Source: the human T2T-CHM13v2.0 reference genome, Homo sapiens
Strand: one strand, 5' to 3'
Length of the DNA: 64,000 nucleotides
Assembly: GCF_009914755.1 (NCBI RefSeq)
Contig: NC_060946.1
How positions within the stretch are numbered: position 1 is the stretch's first letter; each line of letters begins with the position of its first letter. A program made the translations under genes and the position numbers. The notes beneath the pieces were generated by a model. The model saw only the letters and a list, made by a program, of their open reading frames with translations, searched no databases and had not been told where the DNA came from. Positions 1-16,594 of this stretch are shown here, piece after piece.

Positions 1-991
1 AGCATCCCAAGGCAGAAGAATTTTTCTTAGTACAGAACAAAATGGAGTCTCCCATGTCTACTTCTTTCTACACAGACACAGTAACAATCTGATCTCTCTT
101 TCTTTTCCCCACATTTCCCCCTTTTCTATTCGACAAAACCGCCATCGTCATCATGGCCCGTTCTCAATGAGCTGTTGGGTACACCTCCCAGACGCGGTGG
201 CGGCCGGGCAGAGGGGCTCCTCACTTCCCAGACGGGGCGGCCGGGCAGAGGCGCCCCTCACCTCCCAAACGGGGCAGTGGCCGGGCGGAGGCGCCCCCCA
301 CCTCCCTCCCGGACGGGGCGGCTGGCCGGACGGGGGCTGACCCCCCACCTCCCTCCCGGACGGGGCGGCTGCCGGGCAGAGACGCTCCTCACCTCCCAGA
401 TGGGGTGGCAGTCGGGCAGAGACACTCCTCAGTTCCCAGACGGGGTCGCGGCCGGGCAGAGGCGCTCCTCACATCCCAGACGGGGCAGCGGGGCAGAGGA
501 GCTCCTCACATCCCACACAATGGGCGGCCAGGCAGAGACGCTCCTCACTTCCCAGACGGGGTGGCGGCCGGGCAGAGGCTGCAATCTCGGCACTTTGGGA
601 GGCCAAGGCAGGCGGCTGGGAGGTGGAGGTTGTAGCGAGCCGAGATCACGCCACTGCACTCCAGCCTGGGCAACATTGAGCACTGAGTGAGCGAGACTCC
701 GTCTGCAATCCCGGCACCTCGGGAGGCCGAGGCAGGCAGATCACTCGCGGTCAGGAGCTGGAGACCAGCCCGGCCAACGCGGTGAAACCCCGTCTCCACC
801 AAAAAATGCAAAAACCAGTCAGGTGTGGCAGCGTGTGCCTGCAATCCCAGGCACTCTGCAGGCTGAGGCAGGAGAATCAGGCAGGGAGGTTGCAGTGAGC
901 CGAGATGGCGGCAGTACAGTCCAGCCTCGGCTTTCACAACTTTGGTGGCATCAGAGGGAGACCGGGGAGAAGGGGAGGGGGAGGGAGAGGG
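1..991 (-). mobile_element. SVA retrotransposon (old, SVA_A/B-like), 3' part beyond window start
   Basis: Reverse-order SVA architecture: SINE-R end (1-~175), GC-rich VNTR with units like CTCCTCACTTCCCAGACGGGG (~180-575), Alu-like domain (~575-955), degenerate (AGAGGG)n hexamer (~953-991). Confidence 0.95.
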
Positions 992-1021
992 ACCAGTTAT
1001 TATTTTTTAAAATGTCTTCTC

Positions 1022-1323
1022 GGCCAAGCACGGTGGCTCAAGTCTGTAATCCCAGCACTTTGGGAGGCCGAGACAGGTGGATTGCTTGAGCCTTGGGAGT
1101 TTGAGACCAGCCTGGGCAACATAGCAAGACTCTGTCTCTACAAAAAAATACAAAAATTAACTGTGTGTGGTGGTGTGTGCCTGCAGTCCCAGCTACTCTG
1201 GAGGCTGAGGTGGGAGGATCATCTGAGCCCAGGGAGGTTGAGGCTGCAGTGAGCCGTGATTGGACAACTGCACTCTGGTCTGGGTGACAGAGTGAGACCC
1301 AGTCTCAAAAAAAAAAAAAAAAA
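1022..1323 (+). mobile_element. AluJ-type element
   Basis: Dimeric Alu with J-type right arm (GAGGTTGAGGCTGCAGTGAG), poly(A) tail, and TSD-like AAAA(T)GTCTTCT on both sides. Confidence 0.9.
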
Positions 1324-1676
1324 GTCTTCTCTCCCCTACTTACCTACTATGAGTATAGATGAGGCAATTTACTTGACAAATATTTAATGAGCACCCCACT
1401 ATGTGCCGGGCCCCATGCCAGATCCTGAGAAATATAACGGTGAATAGGCCCGACATATTCCTGGAGCTTCAATCTGAGATTTGGTAGTTTGCAGAATCCT
1501 GAAGAGAGCTTATTAAAATGCAGGTCCCAGGACCCATCTCACACAGGATGTCAGGGGTGTGAGGTGGGGACCAGGAGTGGGCACCTTTTGCCAATTGAGT
1601 CTAGCCCTGTCCTACAATATGTAAGCCACAAAATGATCCACATCACATCAATTTAAATTTTCCAGCAATTACATTA

Positions 1677-2305
<629 letters not shown>

Positions 2306-2311
2306 CGATAA

Positions 2312-3560
<1,249 letters not shown>

Positions 3561-4237
3561 CCTGCAGATGCCGGCTGCAAAGGGGCGTTGCCAACTGTCT
3601 GGTGCCGAGCCAGAGTCAGTGCGTGCCTGGGATTGAGAGGCGAACTTTGAGAGATGAGGATAAAAATAACAGCTGCCGATGCTGAGCTAAATGCCTACTC
3701 TTCTTTATACTCTCTTAACAGCCGGTGAGGTTGGTATGACTGTTGCCCTCATCTGACAGATGGGGTAGCTGGGCCTCCAAGGTCTGGTGTGGCCTTACCT
3801 GGCCCAGCAGAGTGGGACCCTGATTCCAGGGTTCTGTGCTGCCTTGTGACCAGACCTTGGCTTAGCCGGGTTCGGATGAACCTTCTCCTGCACACACCCC
3901 CACCCATGGCTTTTTCCTCCCTCCCCTCCTGGGCTCTCAGACCCTCTGGCCTTCCCTCCCCTCCCCAAAGGCTGCCAGGGCCCACAGCCAGGACCCCCAG
4001 TCTCCCCATTAAGATCAGAAGCCTCTCCATGCCCACAGCTCAGGCCTAGCCAGTGAGAGTGGTCCTCTGGCCGTAATAGTGGTTTCAAGACAGGCATGGG
4101 ACTCAAGCCTGGCCAGTGTGGCTGGATGTTGGGACTCTGGCACCTAGAGCAGTTGGGAAACCTGCCTGGAGGCCTAGGGGCTGGGAGCCTGGAGCCCGGA
4201 GGCCTTGGGAGATTTGCTTGAGTCTTGTCTTCACCTT

Positions 4238-4398
4238 CTATTTTGTATTTTTCTAGAGAGACAGGGTCTCACTATGTTGTCCAGGTTGGTGGGCAGTGGC
4301 TATTCACGGGGCAATCAGACTCGAACTCCTGGCTCAAGCCATCCTTCCACCTCAGCCTCCTGAGTAGCTGGGACTACAGGTGTGCACCACTGCGCCCC
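4238..4398 (-). mobile_element. Fossil Alu monomer (FAM-like)
   Basis: Single monomer containing the 7SL/FAM-type segment GCAGTGGCTATTCAC, which dimeric Alus lack. Confidence 0.65.
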
Positions 4399-4431
4399 AC
4401 TTGGCTTCCCCTTTAATGGAGGAGCTGCTGA

Positions 4432-5320
<889 letters not shown>

Positions 5321-6582
5321 CAGCCCCCTCTTTTATAAGGGGACTTTGTATATGCTGTCCCTCTGCTTGGACGTCCTTCCTTAGTGTCCCTAGAGGGGGT
5401 AAGAGCATGACTGGACGCAGGCAATCTGCAATCCAGTCCCAGCTGGAGACAACAAAGGGCGCTCTGGGCTGGGGGCACTGCAGGTGCGAGGCCTCTGGAG
5501 CGGGAAGGCATAGGTAGCTCGGGGGGAAGGTTCTGTGGGGTTGGACGAATATATTTTATGGCTCAAGTTCTAATTCAGCAGCCCTGTCTCCCTCCTGCCC
5601 CTGGGAGAACTTCTGCTTTCCCTGGAATGGGGCTGTGGAAGGACAGACTGGTCCGTGGGTCCGGGTGACCTAATTTGAATAATGCGAACGGGAATGCTGA
5701 GATTCTGATATGCACGATGGTCTTGGGGCCTATGGGTCGGGGGGAATGAAGACCCTGGATTGGAATTGGAATTGGAACCCAACCAGGAGGAACAGGCAGC
5801 CCAGGGGTTTGGTGGAGGGTTTTGGGTGACAGGGACGTTACCAGGAGGCAGGAGAGGCCCAAGCACACCACTTGGCAGTGCCTGGCAGAGCAGGGCAGGG
5901 CGCGGGAGGGCGGGTGACAGTGGCTGGTACAGGTTTCAGCAGTGAACACCTCCCGCTGCACTCTGGGCCTCCCCATGGAGGAGCTGGAAGCTAAAATAGG
6001 ACTCTATTTTGGGGGCCTGAGGCGAACTGGAGTCACTTCCCTGCCAGAAGTGAGAAGTTGCTTCAGCCTCTACCAGGGCAGGCCCTCCCCTATGCCGGAG
6101 TGGCAGGGGGTGGGCCTTATGGGTGCGGCCTGAGGCAGAGGGTGCGGGCCAAGGAGTGGGAGAGGACCGTGGCTGCTGAGGGGCTGAGGGGCTGGGGGCC
6201 TGGCCCACAGACATCATCTCCCTCCGTCCTCAGGGCAGCGGTGTGAGGTGGGAGCTGGGGCTTCCCCATGTTACAGATGAGGCTCAGAGAGGCCAAGTCA
6301 CCTCTCCAAGGTCAATCAGTAGCAAGGGGCAGAGCCAGGATTTGGCCAGGTCTGGATGACGCCTGAGATGTAATCCCAACCCCAGCAGTGGGCGTGAGCG
6401 GGACCTCCACAGGCAGAAGGAGCAGCTGTTTCCTGACCACCTGCCGGGTGCCTGGCCCTCTGCACGCGCGATGGCTCAGTGAGGCCCTGTGTCCCGCCCC
6501 ACAGGAGGCTGCAGCCTCGCCCCTTCTCACAGACAGGCCTGAAGCCAAGAAGGCAGGCCTGGGAAGCTCCAGCCTCAGGTGA

Positions 6583-7003
<421 letters not shown>

Positions 7004-8453
7004 AGGCCCATCCAACTCTGATGTTTATAACATGTCCCACGGGGAGGCTGGCAGAGAGCTGGGCTGGGAGGCAGCTGCAATGACCCGGGGCTTTCGAAGC
7101 CTGCCTTCCCCAGCAAACCCATTCTCCAGGTCTCTCAGTGAGGCCCACCTGCGGCCGGGGGAAGAGGAGGAGTGTCTTTCCTGATGCAGACCCCGCTCCA
7201 TGCTGCAGTGGATCCACGTGCACGATGCCATGTAGTTGCAGGTTGTCACCCCTGTGAGAGAGGTACTGTTGTTATGGCCTCTTTTTTATAGTTGAAGCCC
7301 AGGGCCAGGAAGTCCCTGGGCCCAGGACCACCTGAGAGGGAGGTCATGGTTGGGCCCCTCACCCAGGCTGCGGGCTCCAGGCCCCACCCTTCTGCCGCCA
7401 CCTTCATGATGCCACAAAGTCGAAGTCTGATTTCATTATCCCCCTGACCCCAAGCTGGTCTTTGGCTGCCAGGAGGTGGCAAGGCCATTTGCGGCCCCCT
7501 CCGCACCCAGTCCTTCCCTGCAGTGACTGGGCTGTGAATAGCCTGGCCCATCCTCTCCACGGCCCCACCTTTGCCGTCCCCATGCTCAATTGCCCATATC
7601 CTCCCTCCTCTCACCTGCCATTTCCCAGTCATTCCATTGTCTCGCGCTCTCCTGCCCACTGAGGTGCCTCTGGCAGCTTCCCAGGTCCTCCCTGACTGGT
7701 TTTGGAACCCCAAAAGTGGCCCCCCTATTCCTGCTGCCCCATTCAATGTCCCACAGCAGCCCCAGACACCTGGAGACTGGCAGAGGCTGCGAGAAGGCTG
7801 GCCCCGTCCAGGCTGCCACTCTGCCCACCCGGGCCTGCTGGCTTCCCATCCCTGCCCAGCCCCTGCTCCAGGCCACTCAGCTGCCACGTGCAGCTCCTGA
7901 ATGCCACCTCCGTCACCCACTCCTCTGCTCCCAGCCTGCCCAGAGCTCCCCACTGCCTACAGGAAAAGGTCCCAGGTCATTAGTGTGTCGTCCTCACCTG
8001 CTCACCTGGCCCAGCCCCCAGTACGGCCCCACCCATGCCATGCACCCCCCTTCAGCCTCACTCGCCTCCCCACCAACCTCTGCCAGGGTACAGAGGCTGA
8101 AGAGTCTTCAACCTTAAGGCCAGAAAGCCTTGGGCAAGACGTGTCACCCCTCAGAGCCTCCTCATCTGTACAATGGGGGAATCACAGAACCCCCCTCACA
8201 GGGCAGATGGGGGGTGTCAAATGGGAAATCAGAGAGTAAGGGGCTCCATCACCTGGAAAGTGCACCATTCACTGTGACCCTTACCGTAGGGGATTGCTCA
8301 GATTCCCCTCCAGCGGTGATAAGAGACTGGGGGTGGGCCTGACAGGGTAGGAGTCAGGGGCGGTGGAGGAGATCTCACAGCCAGGACAGAGTCGCCGCCT
8401 GCTCCAGCCCACAGGGCAGACATCGGGGTCCCCATCTGCAGAGAAGAAGATAG

Positions 8454-8872
<419 letters not shown>

Positions 8873-10527
8873 TTCATCTCCCCGATTTGGGTTCCAGCCG
8901 CTGCTGTAGTTGCTGGGCTGTCTTGGTCTCTGTATCTCCTTAGCCTCCTCTGGCTTTTCCGTGCAGCTCCCGCACCGCTCAGCGCCCCCGGCCTTCTCCC
9001 GGGGCCATCCCTTCTTTGGCCCTAGCTCCTTTTCTCTAATGCCCACCTTCCTCTCTGCCTGGCTGCATGCGGGCCTAGGGTTTTGCCATCCTGGGGTCCC
9101 TGAGCACCCAGCTGCTTCCCCACAGACATGCCAGTCCTTGTAGTGGGTGGGAGGCTGTCACTTCCCCTCCGTCTGTGCCCCGACACCTGTTGCTGTCCAC
9201 CTGTGACTCAGTGTGGTGTCTCCGGACCCACAAGCCGGTGCCTCCTCTGCTGGAGCTCCGCTTGATCTGTTTTGCGTTCTCTTCTGCCTCCCTCGGGCTC
9301 ACTCTTGGCCCCTGGGCCTCAGTAGGCCTCCCTCTCTCAGCCCTTGTCTCTCTGTCATTTTTTGTCTCTGACTCTCTCAGTGTCTCTTTCTGTGTTTCTC
9401 CTCTCTCTCCCCATCTCTGTCACAACCTATCCCTGTCACCTCCTCCCACATCAGTGTGTAATATCCCTTCCATCCTCACAGCTCTGTCGCCTCTCCCTGA
9501 ACCCTTCCCGCCTGTGTGCACTCACCCTTAGGCCCTGCACCAGGTGTAGACAGAGGCCCCGGGGGGAGGTGAGGCAGGAGGGGCTCAGACAGGCCTGGGG
9601 GACGTTCCAGGGATAGCAAGGGGAGGACAGTGAGCTGAGCCTCTGCCCTGCTTAGCAGGAGCCCCAGGAGGCCAGAGGGGCAGGTGCTGGCCTCCAGACC
9701 CTCATCCCAAGGGGCCACATCCCAGAAGGTAACCCTGGTGACAGGCGGAGGGTCAGGAGCCTGGCTCTGGATAGGGCTCTGTGGCTGTTCCTCTGTGTGA
9801 TGTCTCTAATTCCCCCACCCTCCCCTCTCTTCCTCTGAACTGGGGACAACCAAAGGTCTCTTCTTGGCCTCCTTCTCACTGTGGGCACTGTGAGAGCGGA
9901 AAGCAACCTCCACCCAGCAGGGGCTCTGGCTTACTTGCCCCATTATCAAAGCCCCTGCAACCGCAGTGGACGGCTCCAGCGACCATGACCAAGAAGCCCT
10001 GGCTGCTGTCCCAAGCCTGAGCAGGTAGCGGCAGGGGTTTGCCCATGGTCCCACCTGGCGTCGGTGGCAGGGCCCAGGCCAGAGGCCGGCTTCAGGACTC
10101 TCAGCACAGGGCTGAAGGGTGGGGTCCCAGCTACATCTTTGTCGGTTTGGTTCAGTGCTGAACGGTTTCTGCTAAAACAGGCCTTCCTTACTCACAGAAG
10201 GTGCTCAACGGGTTTTCATCGCGTGACCTTGAGACGCCCTTTAGAATCTGTGGTGGGTGGGGCCGGCGTGTGAGCTGAGGGCCAGGATCCAGGCACTTGC
10301 TTCTGGCTGTGTGGGAAGGTCCTGCCAGGTTCCAGGCAGCAAGTGGAGTGAGGGGTGGCCAGTGATTGGGGGAGGGGCAAAGCTAGGCTTGGCCAATTTT
10401 GCTAAGTGCCTATCTCTGTCTGTCCTCACCTCTCCCCCAGACCTCCTGCCAGCTTCTGAAGGCCAAAGGAACAAAATCCTAGGTGGTCAGGCACATCAGG
10501 ACCCTGGAGGTCATCAGGTCCCAGCTC

Positions 10528-10825
10528 CTTTTTTTTTTTTTTTTTGAGACCGAGTCTCACTCTGTTGCCCAGGCTGGAGTGCAGTGGCATGATCTCAGCT
10601 CACTGCAACCTCCGCCTCCCGGGTTCAAGTGATTCTCGTGTCTCAACCTCCTGAGTAGCTGGGACTGCAGGTGTTCACCACCATGCCTGGCTAATTTTTG
10701 TATTTTTAGTAGAGATGGGGTTTTACCATGTTGATCAGGCTGGTCTCGAGCTCCTGACCTAAGGTGATCCACCCACCTTGGGATCAAAGTGCTGGGATTA
10801 CAGGCGTGAGCCACTGCACCTGGCC
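10528..10825 (-). mobile_element. AluS element
   Basis: Reverse dimer; TSD AGCTCCT. Confidence 0.9.
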
Positions 10826-11419
10826 TAGCTCCTAACTTTGAAGATGGGGAAAATGAGGCCCAGGAAAGAGAAGAGAACACCCAAGATCACACAGTGGTCA
10901 AACCCAAGCTCTCTCTCTAGCCTTCCAGTTTTCATAGACTGAGAGCAAAGTAACCATCAGGTGTCCCTTTTTCCATGGCTGCCAGGTAGCTCAGAGGTCC
11001 ATTTTCAAATTGTGTGTCTTATATTGTAAGCCAATCCAAATCCCTTCCAGAAGGCAATTCGTATTTATTTAGGTCCAGTAATGTACCTGACACCATGCCA
11101 TGCCTGGTCACATATGGGATCTCATTTAACGCACACAGCAAGCATGTGAGATAGATATGAATGGCTCTTTCAGATAAGGAAACAGGCTCAGAGACATCAA
11201 TTAACTTGCCCAAAGTTGCACAGCTAGTAAGTGGTAAAGGCAGGATTCAAATCTAGGACCCTCTGGCTCTGATACCCGTGATCTTTCCTCTCTGTGAATA
11301 GGCACATAGAGGCCAGTGCTCTCGGCCCCATGCCCTGGTCTCATTATTGTGCCCATTGCCTGCCATTTTTCCTCATCTTCATTCACTCTCTTGACTAGGA
11401 GCCCCTTTCGTGGCTGTGA

Positions 11420-11731
<312 letters not shown>

Positions 11732-12057
11732 AGGATATTGGATTTAAAGCTCCTTCGCTTTCCAATTCCTGGGACCCAGGTCTACATCGTCCTTGTAGGA
11801 AGATTCAAAGGCTGAAGGGTGCATTTCTACAGCCTGCCAGACAGAGCCCAGAATTCTGTTAGCTTTTGAACCTTGTACTCAGCTTATGCAAACAGGCACA
11901 AGAAGAAAAAATAGTGAACAAAGATGTTCATCACTGCGTTGCTCCAGGTCTCAGTTTCTCTATCTGTAAATGAGGGGTTGCCTTGATGATCCATAATGGT
12001 GTATAATTTTTGATCTTCTATAATTTGATGAACATTCTATAGTCATTAAAAATTGAA

Positions 12058-12666
12058 GGCCGGGCGCAGTGGCTCACATCTGTAATCCCAGCACTTTGGG
12101 AGGCTGAGGGCGGATCACAAGGTCAGGAGTTCCAGACTGGCCTCGCCAACATAACCCCGTCTCTACTAAAAATACAAAAAATTATCCAGGCATGGTGGTG
12201 CACACCTGTAATCCCAACTACTCGGGAGGCTGAGGCAGGAGAATCTATTTTTTTTTTTTTTTTTTTTTGAGATGGTGTTTCACTCTTGTTGCCCAGGCTG
12301 GAGTACAATGGCATGATCTCGGCTCACTTCAACCTCTGCCCCCCCGGGTTCAAGCGATTCTCCTGCCTCAGCCTCCCAAGTAGCTGGGATTACAGGCATG
12401 TGCCACCATGCCTGGCTAATTTTGTATTTTTAGTAGAGACAGGGTTTCTCCATGTTGGTCAGGCTGGTCTCGAACTCCCAACCTCAGGTGATCTGCCCAC
12501 CTTGGCCTCCCAAAGTGCTGGGATTACAGGTGTGAGCCACCACGCCTGGCCAGGAGAATCTCTTGAACCCAGAAGGCAGAGGTTGTGGTGAGCCGAGATT
12601 GCGCCATTGCACTCCAGCCTGGGCAACACAGCGAGACTCCATCTCAAAAAAAAAAAAAAAAAAAAT
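12058..12666. mobile_element. Nested Alus: plus-strand AluS interrupted by a minus-strand AluS (12248-12551)
   Basis: Host Alu breaks at AGGAGAATCT (12237-12246) and resumes after a second AGGAGAATCT (12552-12561). Confidence 0.92.
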
Positions 12667-13017
12667 TGAAAAGATGTAGAATCCATCAATACCCAGAAAA
12701 GTCAATACCTGGAAAAAACTGCAATGAGAAAAGCTAGACGCAGGAAGCAGTCATCTGATCGCAGCCATGGGCTCTAACAAAGACAGGGGTGAACGCAATG
12801 AGGTGAAATAGCTGAGTCGGATGCCTCCTAAGTTCTTTTCTATTCTTCTGTGAGCTATTTGAGTTCATAAGGAAGATAAATCTTCCAGAAGCTGGTGGGA
12901 AGGAAGCCATGGTGAATCTACAAGGATTAGGCCTGAACCGTGGAATTCCAGGCAGGCAGGCAGGTGTGGCCAGATGAGGGCGGGGTTTTTTGCTCCCATT
13001 AGATCCGCCCTCTTCCC

Positions 13018-13112
13018 CCCTCCCTGTCTTCCTCCCTTTCTTCCTCTTCCTCCTTCCTTGTCTTCCTCCCTTTCTTCCTCTTCCTCCCTCCCTGTCTTCC
13101 TCCTTTTCTTCC
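13018..13112. repeat. Polypyrimidine minisatellite, 34-bp unit, ~2.8 copies
   Basis: GTCTTCCTCC recurs at 13026, 13060 and 13094. Confidence 0.85.
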
Positions 13113-14854
13113 ACATGCATGATACCCTCTTCATTCTCTCCATCCTGCCCACCACTCCTGCTCCCCAAGAGGCTGTGACCGAAGTGGGGAAGAGAGGGCA
13201 GGGCAGGGCAGAGGGGGTCTCCTTACCCTGGCTCTGCAGGGAAGCTGGTGTGGCATGAGGAGGGCTTGGCAGCACTTTAAGGCCCCTTCAGCCTGCCCGT
13301 TGGCACAATTCCAAGCTCCGTGACATCTAAGGTTCTTACACCCCCAGACGCAGCAACTCCCCCCACCCCGCTCCGTCAGCGCCGCAGGAGCCGGAGTGGA
13401 GTGAGGGATCAGAGGAGCGGCACGAGGAGGGAGGCAGGTGGGAGGGCTGTGAAAGGGGAACAGGTGGGAGAGGGAAGGTGAGTCAGCCCCGAGCAGAGCT
13501 GAGCCAGCAGGAGTTTGCAGCGCAGCCAGGCCTGGGAGCCTCCCTGCAGCTGCGGGCTCTCGGCACCGCGTGGCCCCCTCCCCCAGTGCCCACACTGGCA
13601 CTGCCCTTTGGCACTCCAGAAGTCCTGGCTTTGGGCTTTCACTTGCCTCTTCTGTGTGACCCTGCCACAGGTCACCTTGCATGTGACCAGAGAGACCAGG
13701 CCTCTCCCAAAAGAGCAACTACCACAAGCATATGAGCAAGCTGCAAGCTGGTGAAGGGCCTGGGGGGACCTTGGAACGCCCCATGTTGCTCTGGATGGTG
13801 GATGATGGGCCCTCTTGGGGGTAACCCCACATGTACCCCTTCCCCACCCTGCATCCGGGCCTCTCGCACATCTTAGAGGAGGGTAGACATCCCCTAAGAC
13901 GTGCTCTAGGTGGAGGCTTCTGAGTCTGGGAGCACCTGAGCCTGAATCCTCTTCAGTTACTGCTCGTAGCCCAGGAAGCCGTGGCATCCTGGGGATGTGG
14001 TGGGAGGAGTGGGGAGACCTGGCGAGACCCACCCAGGGCCTGCAGGGCTGGATAGAGGGACATCTCTCATGAGCCTCCAGGGTCAGGATTGAGACCCTGG
14101 GGTACTCACCTGACAGAAGGGGACCAGGGGTCCTTCCAGAATGTGGGCAGATGCGCCACTGAATTTCCTTCTTGCTGAGCGGCCCCCACAGGCTCTTCGG
14201 TGGGGGTGGGGGCCAAAGGCCACAGGTGCACTCTGGGAAATCTGGGAGGGCACAGAGGAGGAAAGGAAGCAGCCCCTCCCCCTCATTGAGCCCCCACCTG
14301 GGAGAGGATGGAGTGAAGGAGAAGCAGGCTCCCGGGCCTCTGACTGTCCTCACTTTGTTTCCAGCCAGCCCCCTGGTTCTCTGGGCCTCTATTTATTTCC
14401 TCATCAGTAAAAGGAGGCCATAATCCTTGTCCTGGCTTCCTCTTGGAGTTTCGTAAGAGTTCAATGAACCCAAGGACGTGAAAGGTGTTATGCAAATGAG
14501 AGACATTATGAGTTATCTATTGGGAGGCTTGGATCCTGAGCTTGGCTCTGTCTCCAGGAAAGAGGCCTCAAGTTTCCTTCTGCAGCAGCGCAGCATACGG
14601 GGTGCACAGTGATCCACCCAAACGGCAGCTATGCTGCCGGGGCTGGTGAGACGTGGTCATTCACAAGGCAGCTCGCTGTGCTGCACAGCAGGTAAGCTTG
14701 CCTGCTGGTTCCCTGTTTCTAGAGGCAGCTGGCACCTTTGTGTGGAAGATCCCTGGGACCCAGAAGGGTGCCTTCTGCTTCCTTTCAGCCTGGGGCACAC
14801 AGTCAGCCTGTAGAGTAGAAGTCGGGTGGGAGGAACCCTCAAACTCCAAGGCTC

Positions 14855-15358
14855 TGGGATAGATGACCAACTATGGCCACAGCTCCCTCCTGCTCGGCAT
14901 GTCCTTGGCAATGTGACTTTGCCTCTTTCCCAAAAGGTGGAAACTAATTTCCCACCCTTTGAATCTGGGCTGGCCTCGTGACCTGGACTCTGGCCGATAG
15001 ACTGCAGTGGAAATGATGTTATCCAAGTTCAAGGGGCTAGGCCTCCGGAGACCTTGCAGCTTCTACCTTTGCCCTCGTAGGTTGCTGCCCGGAGTCGCCA
15101 TGAAGGAATGTGATGCAGCCTATTGGAGGAGAACCAAACCCCACCACCACCCCAGAAAGCCATACCAGCTGCCGACATGTACATGGGCTCATCGGGGGTT
15201 TTCCAGGCCCACTGATGTTCCAGCTGAGCACAGCTGCCGGGTAAGCCCAGGAGAAATCAGCTAGGAACCCCAGCCCACCCACAGGACCCTAAGAGAGGAT
15301 GCGTCATTGGTCTCTGTTTTGTGCTGGCTGGTTATAGAGCATAGGCTAACCGAAGGCA
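14855..15358 (+). mobile_element. MLT1-family (ERVL-MaLR) solo LTR
   Basis: Typical MLT1 segments: GCAATGTGACTTTGC, CCTTTGAATCTGGGCTGGCCTCGTGAC, CTAGGCCT..CCTTGCAGCTTC, and a 3' end GGTTATAGAGCATAGGCTAACCGA. Confidence 0.75.
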
Positions 15359-15982
15359 GAGAAGGGAAGGGACTTACCCGAGGTCCCACAGAGAGCAGAG
15401 ACCAAGCCTGTCTTGGTTAAGTCTGTGACCAGGTTTCCTGGCCCCTGTGCCCTTCCCATCAGTGTCCTGCCGCCAGCTCTACCAGCGGTGTGTGGATCTG
15501 CATGTATGTAGGGAGGTGCGGATCGGGTGGGCCCTTCCCACTTCCACCTGAGTTAGGAAGGGTTGGCTGACGTCCACACAGGGCTGTCCTGCCCATCATT
15601 GCAGGCGGGAGGGATGGTTAATCCCATTCTGCAGAGGATGAAACTGAGGCCAAGAGCTGACAGTCACACAGCTACTAGGTAACAAAGCTCTGACATCAAA
15701 GCTTTTGGTTCTTTGATGCCAACTCCAGATCCTTCTATTGACTCGCCGGAAGGAGAATGGCAGGTGGTAAAGTTCCCTCCAAGGGTCAGTCACTCAGAAA
15801 GGGCCACATACACAGGCACACACATAACACACAGGCACACACATGACACACAGGCACACACACGACACACACAGGCACAATTACATGTGTGCTTGCTCAC
15901 TCTCTTTCTCTCCTTCTCACCCCTCCATCTTCAACCAGCCTACCCCTAATGGACCATGTACTTTATTAAAAATATATAGTTA

Positions 15983-16325
<343 letters not shown>

Positions 16326-16594
16326 GGTTACAAACTCTGTTGTCAATCTGGGCTGGGCCCGGGGCTGGAGGGACTGCAGGGAGGGAGGGATGGTCCCTCA
16401 TCCCACCCCTCAGAGTCCCTCCTCTGCACCCAAACCCAACACCATCCAAGGGCCAAGGTGGCTGGCGTTGAGGGCCTCAAGGGGCCAGCCAGCTGGGCAG
16501 GGGAAGGCGCTAGGCTTGATGGGCTGGGTGGGGAGGGGTGCACAGAGAGGGACTGCATCTCCCTGTCCAGCAGGTAAAAACGGCAGAAAGTGAA

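Noticed and set aside
151-937. ORFs with repeated LLTSQTG motifs
   Set aside because: Translations of the SVA VNTR and Alu-like domain.
5758-5777. (TTGGAA)3 satellite-like repeat
   Set aside because: Too short to be more than local slippage.
13131-14353. 314-aa and 195-aa minus-strand ORFs downstream of KCNJ4
   Set aside because: No recognisable homology, non-ATG starts, composition typical of random GC-rich DNA.
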